Shown piece after piece: positions 50,200 through 63,767 of a stretch of 64,000 nt of DNA (position 1 is the first letter of the stretch; the number at the start of each line of letters is the position of its first letter). The stretch is from Phoronis australis (Eukaryota > Animalia > Phoronida), in contig NMRA01000267.1 of the NCBI GenBank assembly GCA_002633005.1, positions 405,202 to 469,201 on the forward strand. The letters are read 5' to 3'. The notes beneath the pieces were generated by a model. It saw nothing but the letters and a program-made list of their open reading frames with translations. It was not told where the DNA came from and did not search any database. The position numbers and the translations under genes are program-made.

Positions 50200-51960
50200 A
50201 CAAATGTGTGGGAATATTGAGTTCTATAAGTATGCTAATAAAAAGTTGGTAGATTCGCTGTTCCATCTATACAGCTATTATTTTTAAAATGGTGTGTTTC
50301 CAAAAGAATGGACAAAATCCATTGTAGTAACGATATTTAAGGGCGGAACCGAAAATCCTGAAAATTTCAGAGGGATTTCCCTAATGCAAGTCACAGTCAA
50401 AATATTCGAAAAATTATTGTGCCAACGACTTCAAAAATGGTCGGATGGAGAAAACGTAATTAGTGTGTCTCAAGCTGCGTTTAAGAACGGGCAAAGTACG
50501 GTTGATCACATGTTTGCTTAATATACGTTATTAATTAAATATTTGACACGAGAGAAAGGTAGATTCTATTGTGCTTTCATGAATTTTAAATCCGCTTTTG
50601 ACAGTATATATAGAAGCGCATGATATTTTAAATTGAAGAACAATCGCATAGAATGTAAGATGTATAAGATAATCAAAGCAATGTACGCTGAAGTAAAAGC
50701 GTGCGTGAGATTGAATAACGGGAGCTACACGGAGTTCTTTGATTGTCAGAATAGTCCAAAAAAGACCCTCAACTACCGTTTTTGCTTATTTTATTTATAA
50801 ACGATCTCGAGCAAGAATTAGATTCCGGTGGCGGTGAGAAAAATCCATGGCATCATATGAATTATTGCATCTGCTGTTTGCTGATGATTTGGTTTTATTT
50901 TCTTATAGTGTGAAAGGATTGCAGAAAAAATGAACATTTTATATGAGTATTGTCAGAAATGAAAATTGATTGTTAGCTAGTCAAAGACTAAGATAATTGT
51001 TTTCAGAAAGGGTGGAATGTTACGATGGTATGAAAAATGGACGTATGATGGGAATACTGTTAATGTTGTAAACGCATGTAAATATTTAGGATTAATCTTT
51101 ACTACGAAAGGTTCGTGGTCTTGCGCACAGAAAACACTATCAATACAGGCTACGGCAGTGAATTTAATGAGGAGAAATGACAATGGTTTTTAATGCATTC
51201 CCTATTAATGTTAGTTTGAAATTATTCGATTGTAAAATCATGACTGCCAATATTTCATAATAGTTGTGAGATCTGGGGTTTTAGTGATTGTGAATGTAAT
51301 GAAATAGTCCACACAAAATTTTGTAAAGAAATTTTAAATTTGCCGAGCACGGCAATTTCATCGGCTGTTAGAGGTGAGATGGGTCGTTACTCCTTGATTG
51401 CTTACCGACTTCATAGAATTATGAAATATTGGTTAAAACTGTTAAAAACAGATGCGTCAAAACTTACATGTACATATCATTGCTATGAATGGCAGTACAA
51501 TATCACGGAAATGTTAATAAACCGTTCTGGGTTAATGATGTTAAAAGATTGCTATTACAGTTTGGTTTTGAAGAAGCGTGGTACAATCACGGTGTAAGTT
51601 CCGAGACAAGCTTCATATCACTTTTTAAACAAAGATGCAAAGCTACTGATCAGCAAAAATTGCAAGAAATTTTGAACAATTCGATTAAGCTGGAAACTTA
51701 CAGAACTTTTAAGTTAAATTATTTATATATAATTGACAATGTAAATGTTAGATCTGATATGATAAGATTAAGATGTTCAGCGCATGCACTAATGATTGAA
51801 AAGGGTAGACACTAGAAACTTAGCATACCAGAAAGGTTATGCCCTCTCTGTGTTAGGACATATGTCGAGCCAGAATATCATTTTGTTACCTAATGTTCAT
51901 TCTACGATGGGCATAGGAAACGGTATTTGCCTGCATGGAGCTACATGTACAACAATTAGT
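50200..51960 (+). pseudogene. decayed non-LTR retrotransposon RT and C-terminal region (RTEX-like)
   Basis: FPKEW..IVVTIFKG...NFRGISL...Q..F..G.STVDH...F..AFDS...LLFADDLVL...YLG...AVRGEMGR...KYWLKL...RLRCSAH.L.IEKGR, with many stops. Confidence 0.85.
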
Positions 51961-52513
51961 CAGTATAACTCAAGAGTGGAATGTGATAGAGTAAAAATTC
52001 AAAAAGGTTTACCTATATTTTGTGGGTCAACAAATCCATTGGAAATGGTGTTGCATGGTTGTGGTGACACCGTCCGTCATTTTCCAAGATGGCCGACAAA
52101 TCTACTTGAGTCATACAACTTCGCACGAACAGATTAGTGTGTCGTCTTGCTTCAAACGTCGCATCATAGGTTTTCTGGGTCGGCTAATCCATTGAGACTC
52201 ATTGAATTTGACACTAATGATTACTTCCACCATTTCCAAGATGGCGGACAAAATGGCCGCCAGATTTGCAGGTGATCATTATAACTCGAGAGTGGAATGA
52301 TAGAGTAAAAATTCAAAAAGGTTTACCCATCTTATGTGGGTCAACAAATCCATTGGAAAAATTTGCATGGCTGTGGTGACACCATCAGCCATTTTCTAAG
52401 ATGGCCTCCAAAACTATTTCGAATCGCACAACTTCGCACAAACAGATTAGTGCGTCTTGCTTCAAACATTGTATCATAGGTTTTCTGGGTCGACTAATCC
52501 AATTAGACTCATT

Positions 52514-54452
52514 CAACCGATTTCATAAAGGTGGTTTAACAAAACCAGGACTTAGACTTAAACCTGGTCTTCCTAAACTTGGTCTAATTTTAGACCTGAC
52601 TGGCATTTCACCAACGTGGTCTGAAAGCCTGGTTTTGCTAGACCAGGGAGCTGGTTCAGTAAAACCAGGTTTAAAGTATCAAAGGCACCCCACTATGTCG
52701 AGCTGGGTAAACCCAACAAAGAAACTATTGAAGTGCTTCAATGTAACCTTAATCACGTGGGTATACAATGGCATACACTAGTAGAATCAGTGCAGACATT
52801 TACGAAAAATATCTAAAAGCTTTTCTCATGAGGAAAACTGTAATTTCTATAACCAACACACACACATTAAAGAACATGCTCCCGATTATATGTAACATGT
52901 TACATGCCCAAATTTATTTCCTTGTCACTTCAGTGATTATTTTCCGCGGCCAAAGCGGGGGGCAATACCCCTTCCTGGCAACATTATATCGGAGAACAGT
53001 GGAGGTGGAACTCACCTAGATTATTGCCTCCCGGTGTGGGGTGTTGCATCAGGCAAGGATACGAAAACCATCCAGTTTATCCAAAATATGGCTACCCGGA
53101 TTATTCTGGGAGCTGGTGTTAGAGATATTAGTATCGAAAACCTAGCTTCATAAAGAGACTGGTATAATGAAAATTCACACAAGACATCAATTCCTATCTG
53201 CTTGTTGTTTGTACAAATGTTTTAAAGGCCTTGTCCCATCTTACTTATGTGCTAAGTTTAAGATGACTAGTAATCGCTACAATACTAGGTCCTCATCATC
53301 ATCTGATTTCAATCTTCCTAAACGCAGAAGCGGGACTGGGAAAAAATCATTTTCTTACAGCGGGCTCTTTTTATGGAACTCTCTCCCTGCAGATGCCAAA
53401 TCTACATCATCCTTTCTAACCTTTAAAAGAATTATAAGAAATAGATTTAACTCCATGCAGTGTCTAAATTGCATGTTTATTCATTTGTTATTTATATAAT
53501 GTCTTACATTTATTAAATATTTATTGTCTGTTTTATTTTTTATATTTATTATTTTTATTTTTTAGATAATTATATTGTCTTGATTTCTTTATCTTTTACT
53601 TATCATATTTTATTTTCATTTTGCTTAATCAGTCTTTCCATGTTAATTTCTTATTCTTTGCTTATTACTTAAATTTGTCTTTCATTGTGTAATTCTGTTT
53701 TTGTCTTACTATCTGTTTGCTTTTTACTGAGGGCCCCCATGGAAAACAGTGTGAACTGATGGGGCTACCTTCATTGTAAATATTACATTAATAAATAAGT
53801 CACAAGAATCAGAAGATGCTGTCTTTAGTCAAATCCGTAGCGCTTACGACGATGACGCCCTGCTCAACCAGTCGTATTCTGAGAAATCCGCTGGACACAC
53901 TCTAGCAAGTACTGGTCTACGCATAAGCGGATCCACGGGGGTCAAGGGGTCCGGAGTCCCCTTTTTTCCCTTGATTTTGGTGATATCAAATCTATAATTT
54001 GACTTGGTCCCCATTTAAAAAAGTCCTTGACAGTCCCCCCATCCTAGATCTGCCCCTGCTACGTTTGATCTTGTGTCATAGTAAAACTGAATATTGAAAA
54101 TACCCGGGTAGTCCATTTTCGCTCTAAAACCGTTGCAAATTCTCTCCTCGGCATCATTCAGTTGTACCTATACCATGCATGCAAGTCTGACATATTTAAC
54201 AGTTAAACCTGAGTCTGACCAAGTCTAAAATTAAACATGGTTTAAGATCTTAATACAGGTCTAAAGAATATAGACCTCGTTGGTGAAATGAAAACTGACT
54301 TAGACCAGGTCTAAACTGGAGTTAAACCAGGTTTTACTAGACCACTGGTCTAAAAGTTAAACCATCTTTATGAAATGCAGTTTATCTTTAAACCTGGTCT
54401 AAGTCCAGTTTAATCCAGGTTTAACTTTAAACCACCTTTATGAAATCGGCTG
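52514..54452. mobile_element. PIF/Harbinger-like non-autonomous element with a 3-bp TSD (ATT)
   Basis: ATT|CAACCGATTTCATAAAGGTGGTTTAA ... TTAAACCACCTTTATGAAATCGGCTG|ATT. The empty site gagactc-att-gaatttg is in the sister repeat unit at ~52200. Confidence 0.85.
53020..53800 (+). mobile_element. 5'-truncated L2/Crack-type LINE 3' end
   Basis: QNMATRIILG...YKCFKGLVPSYL...YNTR...GKKSFSYSG..LWNSLP, then a T-rich 3' UTR, the stem-loop gcccccat...atggggc and an aataaataa tail. Confidence 0.85.
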
Positions 54453-57400
54453 ATTGTGTTTGGCACTCATGTTTACTTCCACCATTTTCAAATATGACCA
54501 CCAAATATTTGCTTCGTGCAAGAGCTTCAGATTCCAGAGACACGCCATATCCTGAGTTTTTTAGGTCAGCACGTCCCTGACAATAATTTTTGTCTGACTC
54601 TTGATGATTACGACTACCATTTTCAAGACGGTTTAACGAATAACTTATTTGGTCAAAAACATCACGTTTGCCTGAACTGAAGGATCATTCTCCTCCTGAA
54701 AAAATGTGCTGTATTGAAAATAACTGTCTCTGCAATTAATTCAGTGATCTACTATCCACACTGTCTGTGTCATTTCCAGTTAGTTGTCAATGCTAATGAA
54801 TCTATACACAACCAACCAGTATTTACACAACTAATCTCTGTCAACTGAGAATGAATTGCTGCAGGTAAAACCACGCCATTCTCCACGTGCAACCGAGTAC
54901 GGCAATCCTAACTTCTTGCAAGTACATCTCTTGGAACTGCAGTTGGTCACTACTTTCAGCAGGTTCTCTGGTGCTGCTGACTGGTCCGTCGTCGTGGGAA
55001 GGAATTTTCCACCTGCCAGCATCCATCCCCAGTATAGCGAGTCTAGGCCACTTCCACGGAAAATTGACCACTCTTGCTCTTGATAATATGTTCCGGCAGC
55101 ATAGAATTTAGCTACTGAAGAAAGTTGGTGATAATGATTGTATTTGGACTGTGGCTAGTCTGACACCTCGTCCACAAATCGCTTGTATCGCAAGTCATCA
55201 AAATTTCCAGAGCCAGTACCGCCATGAAGCACAGATACAACTCTTACCAGCTTCAAATATCTCTTGCTTCAGCTGCATGTGTCTAGTGAATACTCTTACT
55301 AGAGTTTTTGCAGAATTCTCGATCACGCAGTTTCTTGAATGGGAGAGCCTTTACTAATACCAAACAGCTGTAATGTTGTGTTGCAACCTCCTATTGCATG
55401 CGCAAATGGCAAAACTGCGCAAGTTTCGGCACCAAGAGACAACTGTAGTTCCTTGATGTCCCAGACTCTCCTCTTGCTTTGGTGCCTCTTGTCAAATTTC
55501 ATGAACATTGAAATTTGTTGTGAAGTAGCTTGGAAACGCAAAAAACCAACAAGTCTGTATCGTCTGCAATAAGAGTAGTTGGACCTTGTGGTGTGTTCAA
55601 TACTGCTGTTTCTACAATTCAAACATCTGCGTCACCTTGAGCTTGTACCGCTAAGCAACCAGCATTTCCTAGCAAACTTGACAAGAAGTGAATGACTCGT
55701 TGTTTGTTTTTGCTCTGCCAAAAATGTTCCTTTTTTACTTGATTACCATGTCACCATAGAAGTGAACTTCAGTTCCAACCACCCCACCCAAGCTTCGAAC
55801 ATGAGAGACATCTTTAGTTGATGATCCATCTCAGTAACAACAGTAGGCTGGGTGCACTTGCTGATGTAATCCACATAAGCTCTACCAAATGACTGCAACG
55901 TTGCACCTCTAGGCCATGGAATAGCGCGAAAGATAGAACCGCCGTCGATGACATGATCACCGTGTTTTCTGGAAATTGAAATTCTCTGGTAGTCCCCCAC
56001 TGGACCAGAGTTCATCAGCTCATGTTGATTGTGGGAAGACCAGATATATCAGAAAGAGCAGGGGAACCAACACACAGCTCAAACTTCAAAAGGGTTGATG
56101 AACTTTCACTGTTGTCTTTTGCAGCTGTCAGGACTCGCTGAAATAGCAGTCGTGGATCCACTTGAGTAAAAGTACTATTAGCAGCATTAACCGATTGACT
56201 TGTCATTGCCACAACCTCGTCTTTCTTACTGAATGTGAAGTCTAACATACTTGACCCCTCCATAGACAAGTGAACCGCCTTCCCCACATCTAATATGGCA
56301 TTGTCAGCAAAGACGCATGTGCCTGAAGACACACCAGTGGCGATGTTCTGTAATGATTCCTTTAAATGGCTTACTGTTGTGGAGGAATTCAACAAGGCTG
56401 CGGATGTCTTTGTCGTCACGCGACTGTCTTGCCTGGGTACATTATTAATGCTCCTGTCTTGTTTCACAACTCAAGTTTGTCGCAGTCTGCATGGCACCAT
56501 TTATACTTGAGCCTGCCGGCAAGACAAGGAGCCACGGTGCATTCTGTGTACAATGTATCTCCCATTTTGCAACCTCTACTTAAACATCCTGTTGTTTTGA
56601 TACTTTTCATGAGCGTTTGTTTAATTACGAGATCATATCTCATTATGACATGCCTGTCCAGAAGCTGCCACGTTGTCTTATGGTGTGTTGGCCGTAGACG
56701 TCTGGACAGTTGACGTCTTTGTGTTGCTACGTCTGCTGCAAATGTATTTGTGAAGATTTTGCATAAGAGTTGTGACCAGCAGCTGCAAAGTAAGGCAGCG
56801 ATTCAGAAACTGCTTTTAAGTGAAGCTCCGAATCTGGCGTTATTTCTGCTTTTTAAAAAAGTCGAAGGATTTCATCTTCATATACTGTAGCCAAAGACTA
56901 ATGATTCGACTTTGCAAGGACAAGTCTGAGTTATGTGCATCGATTTTTTATGGATACCCACAAGACACTCCGACGAGCATACACCGTCGCACACAGACGT
57001 CATACCAGCAATAAGATCATTATACCGCTTCAGACCAGCCCTCAAGTTATCATGAAGAATATCATTGGCCATTGATTCTTCTGATGAACAATTCTCTGTC
57101 ACTGCGAATTCTGAAGACCTATACTCTGATTCAGCTGTGTTTGAATATACCAATGGCAGTAGATCGGAAGCCAGAAGTGAACTCTCGTGAGGGCATTCCA
57201 CTGTAAACCAATGTTCAGAATTGGAAGACACTGACTGGGCATGGCATGCCCCAGAGTATACATCTAGTTATGTGATCAGTTGGTATGTCTGGGATCTCTG
57301 AAGAATCTTTCTTCATATTCTGACGAGCCAAAATTTGTGTACAAGCATAGAACTGCTCCACCTCTTGGCATGGAATCTGTGTGTTCTGTGTTGGTGACAT

Positions 57401-59142
57401 TCCGGACTACTAGAATTTCTGAATAACCTGAATTTCTTGCTTCATAGGTTTTGAATTGGCGTTACTTGATCTGTCAATGTTTGGAAGTGGGATGTTGAAT
57501 GATCTGGCTTTTATGATAGCATTCAATGGTGAGTCTACCAAATATGACCTTTCACTGCTCTATCCACACTTTTTCCATTTAACATAAAGATCTCATTGTT
57601 CAATGCATGTACCGTCTCAAGAACTTCTTGAAGCCCTGTGCTTGACATTACGTATCCTATACATCACAGAAAGCTCATCTCGGTATGAAATCTTCCAAGC
57701 CTGGCTAAGAACAATTGACTGCAGATCACCGTCGTTTTGTTTGCTGGTACTAATTTCCTCTAAAATCAGTTACCTATGTTCATAAAAGCATGCATATTAA
57801 ACAAATTGTGATTCCTAACTATTAAAATTTAATTAAGAACTTTTTGTTACACAATCGTATTTGCTTTTCAACAAATTCAGGTGAAAACAGCAGCCAAATT
57901 CTCAATACATGCCAGCAGCAGACGAAATCGATGCCTGGGAACAACTAATAATATTCTCCATTAGCAGAGAAAAATTAATTAAAGCCAACAACAGCTTACT
58001 TTTCAATGAAACATGTATATATATATATATATATATACATGTTTGTATGCAGATATAGGGTTGTTATTTGAAACCTTAAAGTGGGGTAAAATTTTGAGAC
58101 CTCGTTCCGGGGTATGTAGATAATATATAGCCAGCAACTATATATGCCTCATTGGGTATACAGTATGCCCCGGAACAATATATATTCCACAATTATATAT
58201 ACCTCGCATGGTATATGCCCCAGTACAATATATAGACCGCAAGTATATATGTCCCATTGGCTGTATACAAATATACCCCGCAACTTTATATGTCCCATTA
58301 GATATATGCCCCATTAGTTTTATAACCCGGTTTTCCACCTAATATACAAGCCCCACAACTATGTATATGTCACATGCGGTTAAAGTCTTTATGTGCCAAA
58401 AATACACTCCTCTAAAGACCACTGGAATAACGTGTATGAGTCAACAACAGATTTTACCACTTTCAAACTTATAAATGAATGATCCTTTTATTTGTTTATA
58501 ACTCTGATACGTGAGCAGATGACACCATCTCTGTCAGGCTTTACGGTATATGTTGATACAGTGTACCTTTGATAAAAATACTCTTCTACAAACACGTTGA
58601 AACCATCGTGAATGACATTCTTGCTTAATTCTCCACTAAAAGTCACAGATGAAAACTTAATCATTTATTGATCTGGCACATAGTGAATTATAAATACCCA
58701 AAATTAATTATGTTTAAAATCAAATAGTGGGCACCAAAAATAGATGATACGTCTACAATACATCCATAGAAACAATGCTTGTGATATACATGTACTAACA
58801 GTTTCATCCTGAGCAACATAATGATCTTAGTAGGCTTCCAGTCACCACAATTTCAGACTCCGACAATCTTAGTGACAATTTCGACTACAAATATAATTTT
58901 TAAAAAATGTGGTAGTTTTAGATTAAATCGTGTTTGCTTTCTTCATACAAAATGCTGATACATAGTGATTACCATTCTCAATAACCGAAAGCAGTTATTT
59001 TTAAAGATGTTTAGCTGCAAATCTGCCTGCAGTGCTATTAGTCTGTATTATCTAATTAGCAAAACTCAGGTTCTGAAAGGCTGTGGTTAAAGTGATGATG
59101 TAGGCGATGAAGACCCTAGAGAACGGAGGTGACACTATGTAC

Positions 59143-62100
59143 CTTAAGACACAAAAAACATAATTATGATATTCATTGCCACTCTCATTATCAAAGGCAT
59201 ATCCTCTTAACTTTGCTACGCCCTTATTAAATGTCCTGTGATCATCACTTTTAACATCACTAACACATCCCGATGACTCTTTTCCCACCTCCATGGCGAC
59301 AGTTGTATTGTCATCATCACTTTCAGCATTACTGCATAGTTTGGTCAATTTTCCTTTAACCTAGAAGTTTCCAGACTTCATACTAGTGACATTTATTCAG
59401 TGTATCACCTCAAAATAAAATCGAAATTTTAAACATACATTTTGCTATGATAAAAGTTCGAAGATTGGGCAGGATGTTGCCTTTCATTATGATACATGCA
59501 TTGTGAAATAAGTCATAAAACAGTTTTTGTTAATTTTAGGGATTTACAGGAATTGTATGTACACTTTATTATACTTAGGCCAGACAGGTATCTACTTAGT
59601 TTCAAGATTTTTTACACTTTTTACAATTTTCTTAGTGTAGAACTTTAATAATTTGACAGGTATCCTTGCACACATTGCAAAAGCTGTCATTCCCGTGATA
59701 TATATATATTTAGTAATAGAATCTTTAGTTATACTTTACGCGTACCTCTCGTTAATATGGTGAAATACTTGTCACCATGGCATATGTATTTAGCCACGAG
59801 GTTTGTACATTAGAGCAACCGATTTTTGTTGTCGGACTAAGGACTGGAGCAGAATTTCGGACCATAGACATGGATAATACATTCTTACTAAAATATCATA
59901 TCTTATACAAACAATAATATAACATTAATAATTATAATAACAATAAATTTCTTTGTAGTTCAAATCTGTTACGTATGTCCCCTTTTAGCATTCCTGCAGG
60001 TCGATAGTCCAACTGGAAGTTAGTCGGAAAGACGTTTAAGGAGCAATGGCCTTTTGGGCTTCTGAATTAAGTTGTGTTTTTCTTATTACTACTTTCATTT
60101 TCATAGGTTTGTGGTCTCAAAACCAATGGACTTTTATTCTAAAGAGTGTTAACCCGAAAAATGTGTGCTTTGTTTGTTTGTGAAAATTTGACTTCACAAA
60201 AAAGGATACTAAACCATGTTTTGACGAATTCAACCAAATCTGGTCCTGTCATTTGCTAATGCATCATTGGCGTCAATCTTGAAAGAGCTCATGCCCCTAT
60301 CTCGCATTTTGGTCCTTGGTGGGTTGTCTTTTCCCACAGTTACCGTGTAATTCTCAGAAGCGTAGGTCGTGCTTAGCCGATTAGCAGACTTTCAAAATAG
60401 TTTCAAATTTCTCCAAACTTTTCAGAGTAGTCGAGAGTTACACATGGGCGGCGCAGCACTGAAAAAAGTGAGGCTATAGCCCCCCAGCCTCCCTGTTGTG
60501 CACTTCCCATAGACCATGGGCGTCGGAACACTGAAAAAGTGGAGGCCATAGCCCTCCATCCCCCTATGGTGCGCCGCCATTATTTTGTTCCAGAAAAGTG
60601 GAGAGTAAAGTCGTTTTTGAATCTGTTAATAAGTCAAAACCGGGTTTGGCATCTTTTTGATTTTCTGAAGTGTCTTATGTCGGAAGAGCTATTGGTCTGA
60701 TTGGTCCACTGAGCATTACATTTTGAAATAAACCTGATTAGCAGGCATGAAAAAGTGTAAAGTAACTATATCACCATGACCACGATTGGTGGGTTGCAGA
60801 GCTAGGATGGCAAGAAAAACTGCCCGAAAGAACTCTGCATTTTCAAAACAAAGACTTTAACATTGACATTCATAATAATTCTTAATTGTGCTCAAATGTG
60901 CAGTCTTCTATAAGATTTGATGCAATGTCATCACCATAATCAATTTCAGACTAGCAATCCTTCGAACTAAAGTTCCTTTGCACCAGAGACTATCAAAGGT
61001 CCTTCAGAATACAGGATCGACCAACCCCATCTCAGCACATTTCGTATAGACATCACAAAACAATAAAGAAACAATAGCTGAAAAGGTATCACCATCTCTT
61101 TGGTATCACCAAGAAATAAATTTTGAATTAAAAAAGAATCTGTATGGTAAAATTTGAAAAACAAGTAATTTTAGTTGCATGAAATACCTTTCAAACGATC
61201 TATCAGAAAATTCTTGGTTATAACACCTTGTGACGAAAACGGCACTCCCTCACTTCTTCATCTGAAACAAATTATAAATGCAGTGACCTATGGTGCACCT
61301 TTACATTCGCATTCATTTATTTAGCTTATTTAAAGCTCTCTTCTAAATTTCCAATAACATGAGTTTGAAAGCTTTTAAATTGTTCTGCTACATTTAATGG
61401 TTCACCTGTTAACAATAAATATGTTGTGAGGCCAGCTGCTGCAAATAACGACATTTGCAATGTTTTACTATGCTAGTTGATTAAGTCTGAAAAACAGGCT
61501 GTATGTTAGCGGAATAAGAATCTAAAGGACTCTGTAGTTATCTTATGAAAGTATTGGTTCAAAGTAGTGATTCATTATGACCTCGCACTCACCGAGTTTA
61601 AAAAAATAAAATTACAGAAACCTTGCGACAATTTGTAGAATATGCGAAAATGTATATGTATAATTACCATAATGCTTTATTTAGTTGAAACTCACAACAC
61701 CTTCATAACTCACCCATGTGAAGTTGCATGTTTCCCTACTCTGAGAAAACAAGCACCAAATTCTACCTTCATCTGTATCATTGTCACTTGAACTGAATGG
61801 ATTGAAATTCTCATCTGAAAAAAAATCAAAACTGGCAATGGAAATGAAATGTTGTTTATGGTCCAAGGGGTCTATAGTCCGAAAACAATGGGATCTATAG
61901 TCCGAAAAGTCAATAGTCGGAACAGAAAACTTGTTAATAGTTTTTTTTACATTGTTTCGTAATCTACAGAGTTCAATGTCTTCAGGATTTCAGTTAATTT
62001 TACAGCATATTCTCCATCTTTCAAAATTCCGTAAAGCTCTGTGAAGCAGGCAAAGCTCTCTGTCTTGAAATAGTGGTTATTCAACGAACAATAACCTGAA

Positions 62101-63309
62101 CATGCTACGAACACTTAGTTTAATATTGCAATATTCTTGGTAACTACCGAGTTGGTAACGCAAGATAAAATTTCCCTTACTTCTTCGGACTATTGACTAG
62201 TCGAGCCACAGAACCTTTACACCAACCATCCCTTAATTATTGAGTCTTTTAAGCACACGTCAAAGTTACTAAGAGAATTCAAAGATATTGTTAGGTATTT
62301 TTTCACAAGGTCCGGTCTGGTGTTTGTGCCGTTCTTTTAATGACAACAGAAAATATATTTAGTGAATACACATTCTAGGCACATAGTTAGTAAAGATTTG
62401 AGAACCTGTATATTTTGGCAAATCAGACAAAACCATTTCAGGAAATTATATTACCCTGGAATTTCCCATTCCAAGTTTTAGATTTGGTTTTCAGTCACTG
62501 ATTTCAAAGGCTTCATTTAAGGGTTGAAAAGATCTAAGGTTGATACTAGATCACTCACATTGAATCAATGTGTAAACATGTAGGCTACTGTTTCATGCTA
62601 CATTAAGAAGATACTCACATTTAAAGAACTGGGAAAACAACACAGCATATCTATACATTTGGTCGCTAATTTTCCAGGCTTATTTGAAGTGTAAAATATT
62701 TTTTAAGCAAAAGTTTGTGCTTGACATTTAGGATTGAACCAGACCAAATTGTAAACGTTTTATGAGCGATTTGACTCAATGCCTCAAGATGCTAGCATGT
62801 ACATAATGCTTATTTGCTTCTTATTAAAATTTGTTATATGTAGAATTATTGCTTATTTAATTGATACAGGGCTTCCTTCTCCTTAGCCTTCCAGTCCACA
62901 AAATGGAGAATTTTGTGGAAAATCGCTACTGAAAGGGCACCCATTTAATTGTAATGAATTCTCTCAAAAAAGGTACCATATCGCAGTGAGTCTGGAAAAT
63001 CTTACGAAGTGCAATTATTCTCAGCGACATAAAGCATAGTAATCTACAACTCCCTGGAGTTTTATAGTAAAAGACATTCATTCTTCAGCTGACAATAAAG
63101 GGGTGGTTAGATTTTGAAATATTTTTAGGAGGGACAGATGCGAGCATTTGGACGCATCTTCTACATTAGAAAAAGGCTCTAGGACCCTGCCAAATGCATG
63201 TTAGCCATCCATTATGCCAGTCTGATACATGAATTTGCAATAATTTAAATAATCAAAATATTAAGAAATTTGAAAGACTTACCATAGACTTGGATCTTGA
63301 ATGTACCAT
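59143..63309 (-). pseudogene. possible decayed multi-exon gene of unknown family
   Basis: Exon-like segments with splice signals: 63309-63283 (MVHSRSKSM|gtaagt), 62095-61951 (YCSLNNHYFKTESFACFTELYGILKDG..., open) and 59360-59143 (VKGKLTKLCSNAESDDD..., open). Others (~62990-62870, ~61080-60880, ~60730-60200) contain stops, and one is interrupted by a MITE. Confidence 0.35.
60443..60580. mobile_element. dimeric mini-MITE, copy 3
   Basis: catgggcggcgcagcactgaaaaaagtgaggctatagccc...catagaccatgggcgtcggaacactgaaaaagtggaggccatagccc...gcgccgccat. Confidence 0.85.
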
Positions 63310-63516
63310 CTTCTACTCAAACATACTCGTTTCAGATAAAACGAAGTAAAACTTGTCTGAGCTCAAACTCTGAAACTGATGTTCTACTCCAACTCTATAA
63401 CACTAAAATCAAAACCTCAGAGGCTTGTTACAGTGGAAGGTCAACTAAGTTAAAGGCCATTACATAACACTATACCAATGTAGGTCACCTATGGCAGTCT
63501 GGAGAAACTGTGCCTT

Positions 63517-63602
63517 GCGGGGCATTATATATACCCCATAATTTTTTGCAACTCCACAGTAAAGGTCTCATATATAAAAATGCCCCGGATCTGTATAGTT
63601 CT

Positions 63603-63644
<42 letters not shown>

Positions 63645-63674
63645 AAAAATTGTGGGGTATATATAATGCCCCAC
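63517..63674. mobile_element. palindromic MITE enclosing a (TA)n tract
   Basis: gcggggcattatatataccccataattttttg / caaaaaattgtggggtatatataatgccccac inverted arms; (TA)n at ~63605-63638. Confidence 0.8.
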
Positions 63675-63767
63675 AATTTCAGACCTATCAGAAACTGTTA
63701 TTTGGTATGCACAGTGTCTCCACGTGTATTTTCTCAACAACTTGGTTTCATCACCACATCCTATATA

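Larger units (their letters stand above)
51960..57775 (-). mobile_element. Academ-type (transposase + XPG-like nuclease + Cys-rich tail) DNA transposon relic; coding remnant ~54830-57775, subterminal repeats ~51960-54660
   Basis: RLGRFHTEMSFL..IG..M...GL; LPYFAAAGHNSYAKS; DLVIKQTLMKSIKT; VDPRLLFQR; VIDGGS...IPWP; LPFAHAIGGCNTT.LFGISK; APENLLKVV..CSSKRCTCKK.GL. A ~316-bp unit with aagatggc motifs is duplicated at ~51965 and ~52281. Confidence 0.8.
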
